In this document: in pieces, positions 1 through 12,352 of the stretch | Numbering within the stretch: position 1 is the first letter of the stretch | Layout of the letters: each line of letters opens with the position of its first letter | From: Scyliorhinus canicula | Taxonomy: Eukaryota | DNA length: 64,000 nucleotides | Reading direction: 5' to 3' | NCBI RefSeq assembly: GCF_902713615.1 | Contig: NC_052170.1 | Span: 4,216,001-4,280,000, forward strand | The notes under the pieces: model-generated | The model's input: only the letters and a program-made list of their open reading frames with translations | Told to the model about the DNA's origin: nothing | Database searches by the model: none | Position numbers and translations under genes: made by a program

Positions 1-191
1 TTAAAAAAGGCAAGCAAAGGATTGTGGCCATAAAGTCCTTTTCACCACCAGCGGCCATCTCACAGCATTTCCCGGCCAATGAAATACTTTTGAAATGCAA
101 CGATTGTGGTGAAGTAGCAAACGCGACAGCCAATTTCGTACACAGCAAGATCCCGGCAGTAATGTAATAATGACCCAGGTGATCTGCTTTT

Positions 192-224
<33 letters not shown>

Positions 225-454
225 TGAATATTGGCCCAGGCTCCCTGGGACAACTCTTCGAAATCTTGGGCCTTGGTTTAATCTCTCTGACAGTGCGCCC
301 CCCCCCCTCACCCCCTCAGCCCGGCAGCTGGGCTGTCAGCTTTGATTCTATCTGCCAGTGTGGGACTTGAACCTAGAGACTGAGAGGCATTGCTGCTGTA
401 CTACTGGGCCACAACTAACCACACGTCTCTTAAGGTTGACGCGCAGGTTCAGTC

Positions 455-1072
455 GGCAGTTAGGAAGGCAAAGAGGGATGGAATACAAGACCAGGGATGT
501 ACTGCTGAGGCTGTATAAGACTCTGGTCAGACTCCATTTGGAGTATTGTGAGCAGTTTTGGGCCCCGTATCTAAGGAAGGATGTGCTGGGGCCTTGGAAA
601 GGGCCCAGAGGGGGTTCGCAAGAACGATCCCTGGAATGAAGAATTTGTTGTATGAGGAACGGTTGAGGACTCTGGGTCTGTACTCGTCGGAGTTTAGAAG
701 GATGAGGGGGGATCTTATTGAAACTTACAGGATACTGCGAGGCCTGGATAGAGTGGACGTGGAGAGGATGTTTCCACTTGTAGGAAAAATTAGGGAGCAG
801 AGGACACAATCTCAAACTAAAGGGTCGATCCTTTAAAACAGAGATGAGGAGGAATTTCTTCAGCCGGAGGGTTGGTGAATCTGTGGAACTCTTTGCCGCA
901 GAAGGCTGTAGAGGCTGAATCACTGAGTGTCTTAAGACGAGATAGATAGCTTCCTGATTAATAAGGGGATCAGGGGTTATGGGGAGAATGGGGATGAGAA
1001 AATATCAGCCATGATTGAATGGCGGAGCAGACTCGATGGGCTGAGTGGCCTAATTCTGCTCCTGTGTCTTAT
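455..1072 (+). mobile_element. CR1/HER1-type LINE 3' fragment
   Basis: Frameshifted ORF2 C-terminus (LYKTLVRLHLEYCEQFWAPY; YEERLRTLGLYSSEFRRMRGDLIETYRIL) plus 3' tail. Confidence 0.88.
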
Positions 1073-2009
1073 ATGTAATTTATTGGCTTAAAATGGTTGG
1101 GATATCCCGAGGCTGTGGGAAGCACAGTGGAAATACAAGATTCCTTTGTGAGTTGCTGAGGTCGATGGCGTGAGAGTGACACTTGAGAGAGAATTCAGCC
1201 ACCACCAATCTAACCAAATCCAATAGGCCCAGCTTGAGTGAAGAAGGTCCTGTGTCACAGGACTGTGGCTTCCTGTGGGAAATGTGCCTCCCTCGCGTGT
1301 TTCTATTTGTATTTTCCAGTCCCTGTAGAGACAGTTGTTTGTTACACCGTTCCTGCTAATGGTTTTCTGTCTTCACTCTTTGGAGGCTCAGTCGAAGTCA
1401 CCGGGTGTAGTCTGCAATTGTCCCAGCAACTCCCACCCAACGTCCAGCAAAAAGGTTCCCTGGAAACCTCCCCACCCACTCAGTGAGAGCAGTCACGCTT
1501 CTCCGTATCGGGCACTGTGCAGCACTGGTGCACTGTAGAAACCGATTTCGAGTTGCTCCATCAAGCCCTGATTGAGAAAAATGGGAGGCTGAGCTGTACA
1601 CACTGTCAAAGTCTCCAGTTCGGAGTCTTGATGGGAGTGGGATTGAGGATCGGGCGGTGCTGCTGTTGGTCAGTGTGATTGACGGATCAGTTAGGGTTAT
1701 GGTTAGGCTCCTCATAGAGAACAGAAGGCCATTCAGCCCATTTGACCTGTGCTGGTCCCTTGAAAGAGCTATCCAATTATTCCCAACCTTTCCCTGGACA
1801 GGGAGCAGTGAGGAGGAGGTCACTGCGGATCAGGAATCAACTCATTTTTGGTCATTTTGAAACTTTTCACAATTTCAAAGCATCATCGCCTTTGTCAGGG
1901 TGTCAATTTGTCAGGGTGTCAATTACCCTCACCTCAATGGCCCGGGGGAGTGGGGGGTTGGGGGGGGGGGGGGGGGGGCCAGCACGTCAGTATAAGAGTC
2001 TAAGCTGGA

Positions 2010-4710
2010 GAACTGGCTACAATCTTCAGCCAGATGTGCCGGGTAGATGATCCATCACAACCTCATCCTGAGGTCCCTGGCATAAGAGATTCAGTCAATT
2101 TGATTCACGCCACACGATAATGGGAAATAGCCAAAGGTACTGGTTACTGCAAAGCTACGGGCCCTGATATGGGGAGGTGGTGTTGCCATGGATTGTCACT
2201 GGGCTCGTAATCCAACAACCCGCGGTAATGCTGCCTGACCCATGATTGAATCCTGCCGTGGCTGATAGTACAATTTGGATTCAATAAAAATCTAGAATTA
2301 AAAGTTTGATAGTGACCATGAAACCGTTGTCAATTGTTGTTAAAACCCATGGTTCACTAATGTCTTTAGGGAAGGAAATTTGCCGTCTTTACCCAGTCTG
2401 CCTACACGTGACTCCAGACCCACAGCAATGTGGTTGGCTCTCCAGCAAGACACTCTGTTCAATTAGGGATGACCTTGCCAGCAACACCCACATCCCATCC
2501 AATGACAAAGAAAAACATTTGCAGCAATAGTACTTGACTTGTGCTCCAGACAAGCTGTGCCAGTGCAACTACAACACTGGCATCTATCCAAAACAGTGCA
2601 AAGTTGGACAAACCCAGCAATTATCACCCCATCAGCTTCCTCCCAATCATCAGCAAAGTGATAGAAGGTGTTGGTGACAGTGCTAACAGCAATAACCTGT
2701 GTACTGATGCTCAGTTTGAGTTTCACCCAGGGTCGCTCAGCTCCTGACCTTATTACAGCCTTGGTTCAAACATTGGCAAAGGAGCTGAACTCCAGAGGCG
2801 AGGTGAGAGTGACTGCCCCTGACATCAAGGAGCCCGAGCTAAACTGGAGTCAATGGAATCAAAGGGGTTCTCTGGTTGGAGTCATACCCGGCACAAAGGA
2901 AGATGGTTGGAGGTCAATCATCTCAGCTCCAGGATATCACTGCAGGGTTCCTCAGGTAGTGTCCTAGGCCCAAGCCTTCAGCTGTTTCATCAATGACCTC
3001 CCTTCCATCATAAGGTCAGAAGTGGGGGATGTTCACTGAAATACTGAAGCAGTACATATCCAAATGCAGCAACATCTAGATACTATCCAGGCACGGACTG
3101 ACAAGTGGCAAGTTTCATTAGTGCCACACAAGTGCCAGGCAATGACCAACTCGGCAACGAGTGAGAATCTGATCATTACCATTCGACATCCAATGGCATT
3201 ACCATCGCTGAATCCCCCACAATCAACATCTTGGGGGTTACCATTGATCAGAAACTGAACTGGACCCAGCCATATAAATACTGTGGCTACCAGGGCAGGT
3301 CAAAGGCTAGGAATCTGTGGAATTCTTTGCCACCGAAGGCTGTGGAGGCCAAATCACTGAGCATCATTAAGACAGAGTTAGATAGGTTCTTGATTAACAA
3401 GGGGATCAAAGGTTATGGGGAGAAGGCAGGAGAATGGGGCTGAGAAATATATCAACCATGATTGAATGGTTGAGCAGATCTGATGGCCCAAATGGCTTAA
3501 TTCTGCTCCTATGTCTCATGGTCTAATCTTGCGGCGAGTAACTCACCTCATGACTCCCCAAAGCATGTTCAAGGCACAAGAGAGAGGAGCTGTTCTGACT
3601 GGATTGACCCTGTTGACCCTTGAGCTGCAAGCCAGGTGAATGGGTGGCCTTACAGGTGGGGTGGTGAACTAGATGTGGAATCAGGAAACGGAGTTGGATT
3701 CATGGGAATCCAACCGGATTGATGAACCGATAGGAAGACACTAAAGATACGTAAGCAACTTGCATTGTGACACCTTGTAGCACCCGTCAGGAGAATTGAT
3801 AAAGACTAGTTCTTTTAGCAGAATTATTTTGAGTATGTCTGAAATAGACCTGAAATGGAGCCAGAACCTTGGTTTAAAGGGACATTGCTGCCAGGATTTG
3901 GAGTTGGAGCCAGAGTGCAATAGTCAACCACTATTGGCGGAAGGGCCATTGGAATGACTGGCTGCAGTGTCCATCCCTGTATGTAAGATTACACAGAGAC
4001 TCTGTAACGTCCGTGTCAAAGTGGCTCGGTGTGTAGATGGGGGAAGTGCAGTTGATGTAGTCTACTTGGACTTCAGTAAGGCTTTTGACAAGATCCGACA
4101 TGGGAGACTGATCAAGAAGAGCCCATGGGATCCAGGGCAATGTGGCAAATTGGATCCAAAATAGACTTAGTGGCAGGAGACAGAGGGTGGTTGTGGAAGG
4201 TTGTTTTTCTATGCAGAGGGGTCAATAACCAGGGGGCACCGATTTAAGGTAATGGGCAGGAGATTGAGGGGATGTGAGGAAACCCTTTTCACCCAGAGGG
4301 TGCCGGGAATCTGGAACTCACTGTCTGAACCCTCAACAATTAAGAAGCATTTAGATGAGCACTAAGGGACCCTCATATCCTTACAACCGCAGCAACTCAC
4401 CGAGACTCCTTGGCTGAGACAGCACCTTCTAAACCCACCGTCACTCCCATCTGGAAGAACAGAAGAACATGGGGACACCACCACCTGGAAGTTCCCCTCC
4501 AAGTCACTCACCATCCTGACTTGGAAATAAATCGGTAGTTCTTCACTATCGCTGGTTCAAAATCCTGGAACTCCCTCCCTAATAGCACTGTGGGTGTACC
4601 TACTCCACAGGGGCGGCAGAAGTTGAAGGTGGCTCACCACCACCTTCAAAAGGGGCCATTAAGGATGGGCATTAAACATTGGCCTACCCAGTGATGACCA
4701 GGTCCCATGA
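2010..4710 (+). mobile_element. Cluster of degraded CR1/L2-clade LINE fragments
   Basis: Reverse-transcriptase remnants SNYHPISFLPIISKVIEG, LGVTIDQKLNW and VDVVYLDFSKAFDK; a HER1-type tail nested at ~3310-3525. Confidence 0.7.
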
Positions 4711-5961
4711 GAAATTTTTTAAAAATACTGCATTATGACAAAGTTTTTCAATATTTCTTACAAAAGTGCCGGCACTTCTAAAGTATTTCATGCCTGTGAC
4801 ACACACCAGAATGTCCAGAGGCATGAAAGATGCTTTACAAATGCAAGTCTCTCCATTGGGTGCCCGCATGGGACGGAGCTGGAATCAACCTTCAAACAAA
4901 ACTTCACATGGCAACTTCACATGGCCAAGTTCCCACTTTATATTATATACTTACAATGACGATTCACAAACATATTGTTGAAAGGAAAAGCATTTGGCTC
5001 CAAAGTGATGTCACCATGCTCGCTGATCAGGAAGTTTTGAGAAAGATGACAGCGAGCGTCAGAAATGTTACATTTCCTGTAGAACAGGTCCTCCTTCTTC
5101 ACGGTGACACGAGTATCTCATTGTTTTCCAAACATTAAACACTCCTAACTCTTGTTGACTCTGCTACCAAGTGTAATGGGGGCATGGTGATTACAAATAA
5201 ACAATGAATATCAACAGCAACAGATTAGCAAGCGGATACCCACCAGTCCGATGATACCAGCCTCATCAGTAGCTGCAGGAAAGTTCAGTACAGTCGTGAA
5301 ACTGAACTGGACTTTTGTGTTCCACGCCTGTGTATCCAGCTGTGGCACTGGGCTGGGGGGGGGGGGGGGGCTGGAGTGGATTCTCATTGTCCTCGAGAGC
5401 TGCTTGGCCTTGTACCTATGCTGATCGTGAAAGCAGTCCAGAAAACCCAACTCCAGCCCAATAGAGAAACAATATTGCATCCTCCATGCAACCCTTACCG
5501 TGACACTCCAGACCTCGCCAACTTCTCAAGTTTGAAGGTTAACCCCGAAGTTACGATGAAGGTTGACAGACACCAGAACTGAGCAGCTGTGTGTTATTTC
5601 AGCAAAGATCGATAAGGGGGGGGGTCACAGGTTAGTCAGGGACAGACTATTATTACTAGCCAGCAATTTGTTTTGCAAACTGGTGTTAAGAATGTGTAAA
5701 ATCTTAAAATGTAGATTTTCTAACAAGTTGGGGAAAATACATTGCTTAAGAATGGAAACTGTCAAAAATTATTTGTTTAGTCCTATAGTTTTAAGAGGCT
5801 CAATATTGAGATTTGCATAATACAGTACAAACTTCTGGATCCAAACCATTAGCCAGATAATGAGGTTAGTTTGGTCCTTCTGGTTGTCAGGCTGTGCCAG
5901 GATCTTTGTATTCCCAATGTAACAAGGCACACGGTCATTTGAATTGATCGGACTGGTGAGG

Positions 5962-6270
5962 ACCATGGTGGCACAATGGTTAGCACTGTTGCTTCACATT
6001 GCCAGGATCCCAGGTTCGATTCCCGGCTTGGGTCACTGTCTGCAGAGTCTGCACATTCCACCCCCGCCCGGTGTCTGCGTGGGTTTCCTCCGGGTGCTCC
6101 GGTTTCCTCCCACAAGTCCCGAAAGACATGCTGTTAGGGGAATTGGGCATTCTGAATTCTCCCTCTGTGTACCCGAACAGGTGCCGGAATGTGGTGACTA
6201 GGGGCTTTTCACAGTAACTTAATTGCAGCATTAATGTAAGCCTCCTTGAGACAATAATAAAGATTATTAA
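5962..6270 (+). mobile_element. tRNA-derived SINE, HE1-like head with 'tail 2' (same type at ~12797-13100-, 13172-13432-, 24935-25232+, 28100-28399-, 43526-43733+, 54125-54422+)
   Basis: A box TGGCACAATGG, B box GGTTCGATTCC; tail GTGGCGACTAGGGGCTTTTCACAGTAACTT...GTGACAATAAAGATTATT. Confidence 0.85.
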
Positions 6271-7904
6271 ATTAAATAGCAGCCGATGTGCTAAATGTCC
6301 CACCAAACTCAGAACAGAAGTGGTGAACTTGCCAACATTCGCCCCACAACTGTCTCTTCCATTCGGAAAAGGGGTTTTAATGCAAATAGGGTCCAAACCA
6401 AAGACCATTTTCACTGGGATCCAGCACATCAAAGCTGAGATCAGGTCACAGACAATCCAAGTGTAGTGCTGAGGGTGTGCTGCACTGCCAGCACAGCAGT
6501 CTTTCAAATGAGATTAATGATAAATAAAAGCAAAATACATTGGCTGTGCTGGAAATCTAAAATAACAGAAAATGTTGGAGACACTCAGGTGTGGCAGCAC
6601 AACAGGGTTAATGTTTCAAAACCATATGACTGTTCAGTCATGTGGGCTTAAAACACAGCTACCCTCAGGGGAATGAAAGATTTCAAAATAATATTTGAAG
6701 GTGTGTGTTGTGCATTTATCCCTCAAATCACCTGATCATTCCCACTGCTGTTTGTGGGATTATTGTCTGCAATGTGGGTGGTGCAGTGGTTAGCACTGTT
6801 GCTTCACCGTTCCTGGGTCCCAGGTACGATTCCCAGCTTGGGTCACTGTCTGTGTGGAGTTTGCACGTTCTCCCCGTGTCTGCGTGGGTTTCCTCCAGGT
6901 GCTCCAGTTTCCTCCCAGTCCAAAGATATGAAGGTTAGGTGGATTGGCCGGGCTAAATTGACCCAGTGTTGGGTGGGGTTACTAGGATAGGGTGGAGGTG
7001 GTCTGGGCTTAAGCAAGGTGCTCGTTCTAAGGGCCAGTGCAGACTCAATGGGCCGAATGGCCTCCTTTGCACTGTAAATATGAACTTTCAAATCAGGATA
7101 GTTTTGAATGTATAAAAGAGGTTTCAAGGTGCTTGTAGGAATGCCCAGAGCAGTGAGCCATGTCCCTAGTGGAGCTCAAATCCCACTTCAGGACTACATT
7201 TAAAAATTTGTCCAAATAGGTGGATTACCAGCTTGTGAATCTTTCCAATGAACCAGTAGCAGACAGCAAGAGGGTGGGAGAGATTCCATGTAATGGAATG
7301 TTGGCACAGTGGTTAGCACTACTGCCTCAGTCCTGGGGACCAGAGTTCAATTCCAGGCTTGGGCGACTATCTGGCTGTGTGGAGTTTGCACATTCTCCCC
7401 TTTCTGCGTGGGTTTCCTATCACACAGTGCAACGGTGTGCATGGATTGGCCATGATCAATGTGCAGGGGAGTGAGGCTAGGTGGGGGTGCTCTTTCAGCA
7501 GGGTCAGTACAGCCCTGATGGGCCAAATGGCCTCCTTCTGCACTGTAGGGATTCTTCTACAATCACTATTCAAACATCAACACACTAATGGAAAAATATG
7601 GCCACAGCAACTAGGGACTTCAAGTGAACACTAAAGGCACTACACAAAAATGCAGTTATAAACCACAGATCCCTTCTCAAAAAGGAAGATTAAAACAGCA
7701 GTCCTTTACTGCAGAGATCACCTCTCTGACCCAGGCTGTTAACGAGAGACCCAAAATAATGAGAATGGTGTAACAGGAAGATCCTGCAACCCAGGGGAGG
7801 GGGAAGTAAGAGATTAAAATCTTCAGAATAGCACTTGCTAATAAACTCTACTGGCACACACACACACACATCACAAACAACCTAGTTAGTTAGACTTATT
7901 TTTC

Positions 7905-7910
7905 TTTATT
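7905..7910 (-). terminator. Probable IER2 polyadenylation signal
   Basis: AATAAA on the minus strand ~420 nt after the stop, preceded by a U-rich UTR and followed by a (TG)n downstream element at 7855-7870. Confidence 0.7.
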
Positions 7911-8331
7911 GGCTTCAGAAGCAAGCTACCAATTTAGAAATACAGAGTTTATATAAAATGTAAACCAAAAAAAATGACAGTTTTTTGAATTATAAAAAAA
8001 AAGTCCACAGTCTGAATGGTGTGTGTGGAAGGGCGGGGGAATATCCCTCACAGTCTGGGCTCAGTTCCTGATCCAGTATTAATCCTGTTGTGCACATTTG
8101 TGAAATGGCCTCGTCACTGCACTGGGCCGAGTGCAGGAAACCAAGTCAGTGCTCTGGGCTCCCTCCCTCTCGGAGCCTTTCCTGTTGCACAAAGCCCAGA
8201 TAGCTGGTCCCTCCTGACCCACTTCCAACGTCTTAGGGCTGGGGGCCACCCCAATCCTGCAGAGAATTCCCTGGGGTGGGATTCAGCCCCTTTCTTGTTC
8301 ACAGCTCCGACACTCTGCCAGCTGCTCTCTC

Positions 8332-9204
8332 TCAGTAAGCCACAATGGCTCGCACCCAGATTCCCAGTTTGCTGAGGACTCGGTCCCGGCAGATTCCCGG
8401 GGAATCGCTCTGCCCTTTGTTCAGGAGGCCGCTGAATCCGGAGCTGAACACATTGACCAGGCTGGGATTGCTGGAGCTTTCCTGGTCCGGGGCGGCTTCC
8501 CGGGAACAATCCTCCTCCAGCCGGGCTCTCTTCCTGGGCAGACATTCCAGAGGCTCCCTCTGATCCCAGCCCTTCCTCCGCTTCCTGCTCCTGCTTCCCG
8601 CCGCTTCCCGGGGCTCCTGGCCGGGGCAGAGACAGCCATTCCCGGCCAGAGGCTCAGCCACAGGGCGCTGGGCAAACTCAGACACTTTGTCCCGGCCGCA
8701 ATGGAGACATTCCCGGCGCTGGATACAGTCCTCCTGGGATTGGACAGAGTGGGAACCCGGCTGGATACATTCCTTTTGGGATTGGATACACTCCCGGGGC
8801 TCGATACAGTCCTTCTGGGATTGGATACATTGCTGGAACTGGATACATTTTTCCTGGGATTGGATACATTCCGTTTGGGATTGGATACATTCCTGAGATT
8901 TGATACCTTTTTCCTGGGATTGGATACATTGGGACTGGGCCGCACACTCCTCGCCTTTCGGCCTCGCCTCCAGTCCTCCTCCCTCCGCAGCCTCCAGCTC
9001 CATGGCCGGGGCCTCGGCCTGGCTCCCCCGGCCGGCCTCCTGCTGCTCGGCTCCAACATTCAGATAAACATCGCGGGCGCTGCGCAGCACCAGCGACAGT
9101 AAGAGGCTCCTGTGCAGCCGGATGCCTCCCCTCTGCAACCGGGAATTGTACATCTTCCCCAGGGCCACAGCCATCACCCTCTGAGCTTCCAGCTTCACAT
9201 CCAT
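8332..9204 (-). CDS. IER2: Immediate early response protein 2-like, intronless (ORF also open from an upstream ATG at 9234)
   Basis: N-terminus [48 protein letters not shown] is the IER-family motif. The C-terminal [14 protein letters not shown] and RAIVAY* match the family end. ATG at 9204 is in a GCCATGG Kozak context. IER2 rather than IER5 is assigned from synteny with STX10/NACC1/TRMT1. Confidence 0.9.
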   Translation of the reverse strand: MDVKLEAQRVMAVALGKMYNSRLQRGGIRLHRSLLLSLVLRSARDVYLNVGAEQQEAGRGSQAEAPAMELEAAEGGGLEARPKGEECAAQSQCIQSQEKGIKSQECIQSQTECIQSQEKCIQFQQCIQSQKDCIEPRECIQSQKECIQPGSHSVQSQEDCIQRRECLHCGRDKVSEFAQRPVAEPLAGNGCLCPGQEPREAAGSRSRKRRKGWDQREPLECLPRKRARLEEDCSREAAPDQESSSNPSLVNVFSSGFSGLLNKGQSDSPGICRDRVLSKLGIWVRAIVAY

Positions 9205-9321
9205 GGCAGGGGCAGCTTCACTCCTTCCTTCCATCTGTCTGCTTTCTCAACCCTCTCCTCTGTCTGCTCTGCTCTCCCCTCCTCTGCCGCGCCTTCAACC
9301 TCCGCTCCCAGCCTCCTCCCT

Positions 9322-9360
9322 CCTTTTATATCAATGACTCAAAGTCTGGTTGCTCCGCCC
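9322..9360 (-). promoter_or_regulatory. IER2 core promoter: TATA box, AP-1 site, GC box
   Basis: TATAAAAGG on the minus strand (9330-9322), TGACTCA at 9335-9341 and CCGCCC at 9355-9360, about 120 nt upstream of the ATG. Confidence 0.8.
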
Positions 9361-9491
9361 AGTCTCTCCCCCACTCGGCCCCAGGAAAGCCACTTCCCAA
9401 CCTTCCCCAAATAAATCACCCCCCTCCTGAACCTCTCTACCTCTCCCCTGAATTCACCCCCCCCCCCCTTCCGAACTTTAATCCAGCCCCT

Positions 9492-9657
9492 GGGATTCCC
9501 CCCTCCCCTCTTTTTAACTCTCTTGCTCCATATATGGTCTGGCCGGATGGCGCCATGTCAGTTTCAGAGGGCGGGGGTGGGGGAGCTGTCAGTTTCCGAG
9601 CCCATATTTGGAACTTGTTGGAAACTCCCTCAGACTCTGCCCCCAGAAGCGTGGGCA
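9492..9657. promoter_or_regulatory. IER2 proximal enhancer: two serum response elements (CArG+ETS) plus NF-kB-like sites
   Basis: Perfect CArG boxes: CCATATATGG 9528-9537 with CCGGATG 9543-9549, and CCATATTTGG 9602-9611 with AGTTTCCG 9591-9598. kB-like sites: GGGATTCCCC 9492-9501 and GGAAACTCCC 9620-9629. Confidence 0.8.
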
Positions 9658-9814
9658 ATACGCACAGAGAAAAGTCACACCCAGTCTATATTTGTTTAAA
9701 AATGGAGTATTCTCAGCCTCTACGTTTTAAGGATTTGGGATTGGGGAAACCCCTGGGATTAGGGGGAGCAGGCTCAAAGGGCAGAATGACCTGCTATTTT
9801 CTAAATCATTCATA

Positions 9815-10142
9815 CATAGAACATAGAACAGTACAGCACAGAACAGGCCCTTCGGCCCTCGATGTTGTGCCGAGCCATGATCACCCTACTCAAACCCACG
9901 TATCCACCCTATACCCGTAACCCAACAACCCCCCCATTAACCTTACACTACGGGCAATTTAGCATGGCCAATCCACCTAACCCGCACATCTTTGGACTGT
10001 GGGAGGAAACCGGAGCACCCGGAGGAAACCCACGCACACACGGCGAGGACGTGCAGACTCCGCACAGACAGTGACCCAGCCGGGAATCGAACCTGGGACC
10101 CTGGAGCTGTGAAGCATTTATGCTAACCACCATGCTACCGTA
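9815..10142 (-). mobile_element. HE1/V-SINE, full length
   Basis: A/B boxes, V-domain GGTTAGGTGGATTGGCCATGCTAAATTGCCC, CR1-type tail with (TTCTATG)n. Confidence 0.88.
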
Positions 10143-10899
10143 CCGTGATTTTGATTTATTGTCATGTGTACCAAGGTACAGTGAAAAGTATTGTTCTGCG
10201 AACAGTCCAGAAAGATCATTCCATATATGAAAAATATCGGATAGGGCGGCATGGCGGTGCAGTGGTTAGCACTGCTGCCTCACGGGTTCGATCCCGGGCC
10301 CGGGTCACTGGCGGGTGGAGTTTGCACATTCTCCCCATGTCTGCGTGGGTCTCACCCTCCATAACCCAAAAAGGTGTGCAGGGTAGGTGGATTGGCCACA
10401 CTAAATTGCCTCTTAATTGGAAAAAAGAATTGGGTATTCTTAAATTTATATATAATAAAGATAAACATGTGGAGTTTGTCTGTACTCCACGTGTCTGCAT
10501 GGCATTTCTCCAGGTGCTCCGGTTCCCCCCCATAGTCCAAAGATGTGTGGGTTAGGTGGATTAGCCACGCTAAATTTCCCCGTAGTGTCCAGGGGATCGG
10601 ATGGGGAGTGGACCCAATTAGAGTGCTGACTTGTGGCCCAACATCCTACAGGTCCAGTATGCCCACAAACAGGAGCTGGACTTTACAAACATCCACCAAT
10701 CTATAGAATCTTGAAATCTCAGTGGAGGAGCATGTTTCAGCTGACTGTGGAGAGGGTCAAACTGGAGATTTGAGTGATATGCCAGAGAGGCGACGGGATC
10801 AGTGGCATATCATACACTGACATTGGCTATCCTGCATAGACTAACATATGAGAGAGGAACTTGGCTAGTGAGAGAGGACCTTGAGGAATTAAATTAAGT

Positions 10900-11249
10900 C
10901 ACGGTAGCATAGTGGTTAGCATAAATGCTTCACAGCTCCAGGGTCCCAGGTTCGATTCCTGGCTGGGTCTCTGTCTGTGTGGAGTCTGCACGTCCTCCCT
11001 GTGTGTGCGTGGGTTTCCTCTGGGTGCTCCGGTTTCCTCCCACAGTCCAAAGATTTGCGGGTTAGGTGGATTGGCCATGCTAATTTGCCCGTAGTGTCCT
11101 AAAAAGTAGGGGAGAGGAGGGGAGGAGGGGGTTGTTGGGTTACGGGTATAGGGTGGATATGTGGGTTTGAGTAGGGTGATAATTGCTCGGCACAACATCG
11201 AGGGCCGAAGGGCCTGTTCTGTGCTGTACTGTTCTATGTTCTATGTTCT
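10900..11249 (+). mobile_element. HE1/V-SINE, full length, same subfamily as 9815-10142
   Basis: Shared diagnostic GCATAAATGCTTCACAGC and shared tail. Confidence 0.88.
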
Positions 11250-11902
11250 AAGTCATTTAAAACTGTGTTAACTGTTCGTGGGGGGTCAGTAATCCTTGAC
11301 TCTATCTGATCTCTAATGAATCTCAGGACTTTGTCTACTTGGACTGCCATCCACTAGCTTACCTGGAGTGATGAGCAGATATGGACAGGTGAATCTGATC
11401 TCCACCTCCTTCAGCAGTTAAAAACCTCACAGGTTTTCGATGAAGGACAGCACCACGTCATCAAAGTGTGTCTGAAACACACACAAACCTTTTGACATTT
11501 CAATTGTATGATTCCACTAAAATACGAACAATATCCTCCATAATAGTTGAGTCAGTACCTGTCTGTGCCTGTTACCATTTTAACTAGGATTAGTAATGCA
11601 CCATATCAACAATGAAACTAGATGTTTACATGTGCGGAATTAGTAATGGACACCTCATTGTTTCAGGAATGATGACACGAAGTGACTAGTGAATCAGATA
11701 GTTATTTTTAAAATTCACGAGGAAGGATACTTACTCACAGTTCTTATGGAAAATTCGATGGAGATGCAGGTTGGGAAAGTTCTGAAAAAGATCCCACAGA
11801 CCCAAGTGATGAAAGGCAATTTGACCTGAGCCAATAGATTCAGTGGTAAATGTATGGAATTCTGATAACCAGTAATAATTCTCAAATTCCATTGAATACA
11901 TA

Positions 11903-12352
11903 GGGCGCATTTCTCCATCTCCCACGCTGGGTGAGAGAATAGCGGGAGGGCCTCCTGACATTTTTCATGCCCTCCCGCTATTCTCCCCCCTCCACGCCTG
12001 AACCACGCCACGAATCGCCGCTCGCCGTTTTTTACGGCGAGCGGCGATTCTCCAAGGTCGATGAGCCGAGTGGCTGGGCCTTCACGCCCGTTTCAACACG
12101 GCAGCAAACACACCTGTTCGCTGCCGTCGTGAAACGGGCGCCAGATGCCATTTGGGGCATCTAGAGGCCCGATTGGCACGGGGGAACCACGACTGTGCTC
12201 GGGAGGGGACAGGCCCGCGATCGGTGCCCACCGATCGTCGGGCCAGCGTCCAAAACAGACGCACTCTTTCCCCTCCGCCGCCCGGCAAGATCAAGCCGCC
12301 ACGTCTTGCTGGGCGGCTGAGGAGAAAGATGGCCACCGCGCATGCGCGGTTC
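11903..12352. mobile_element. GC-rich multi-hairpin element, probably a truncated MITE of the same superfamily
   Basis: Begins GGGCGCATTTCTCC (TIR-like); five stem-loops; no right TIR found. Confidence 0.55.

Noticed and set aside
5005-5080. ETS and CRE-like motifs downstream of IER2
   Set aside because: Short motifs only; not enough to call an enhancer without conservation data
8421-9102. Alternative-frame and antisense ORFs over IER2
   Set aside because: Explained by GC richness and the internal repeat; only one frame has IER motifs
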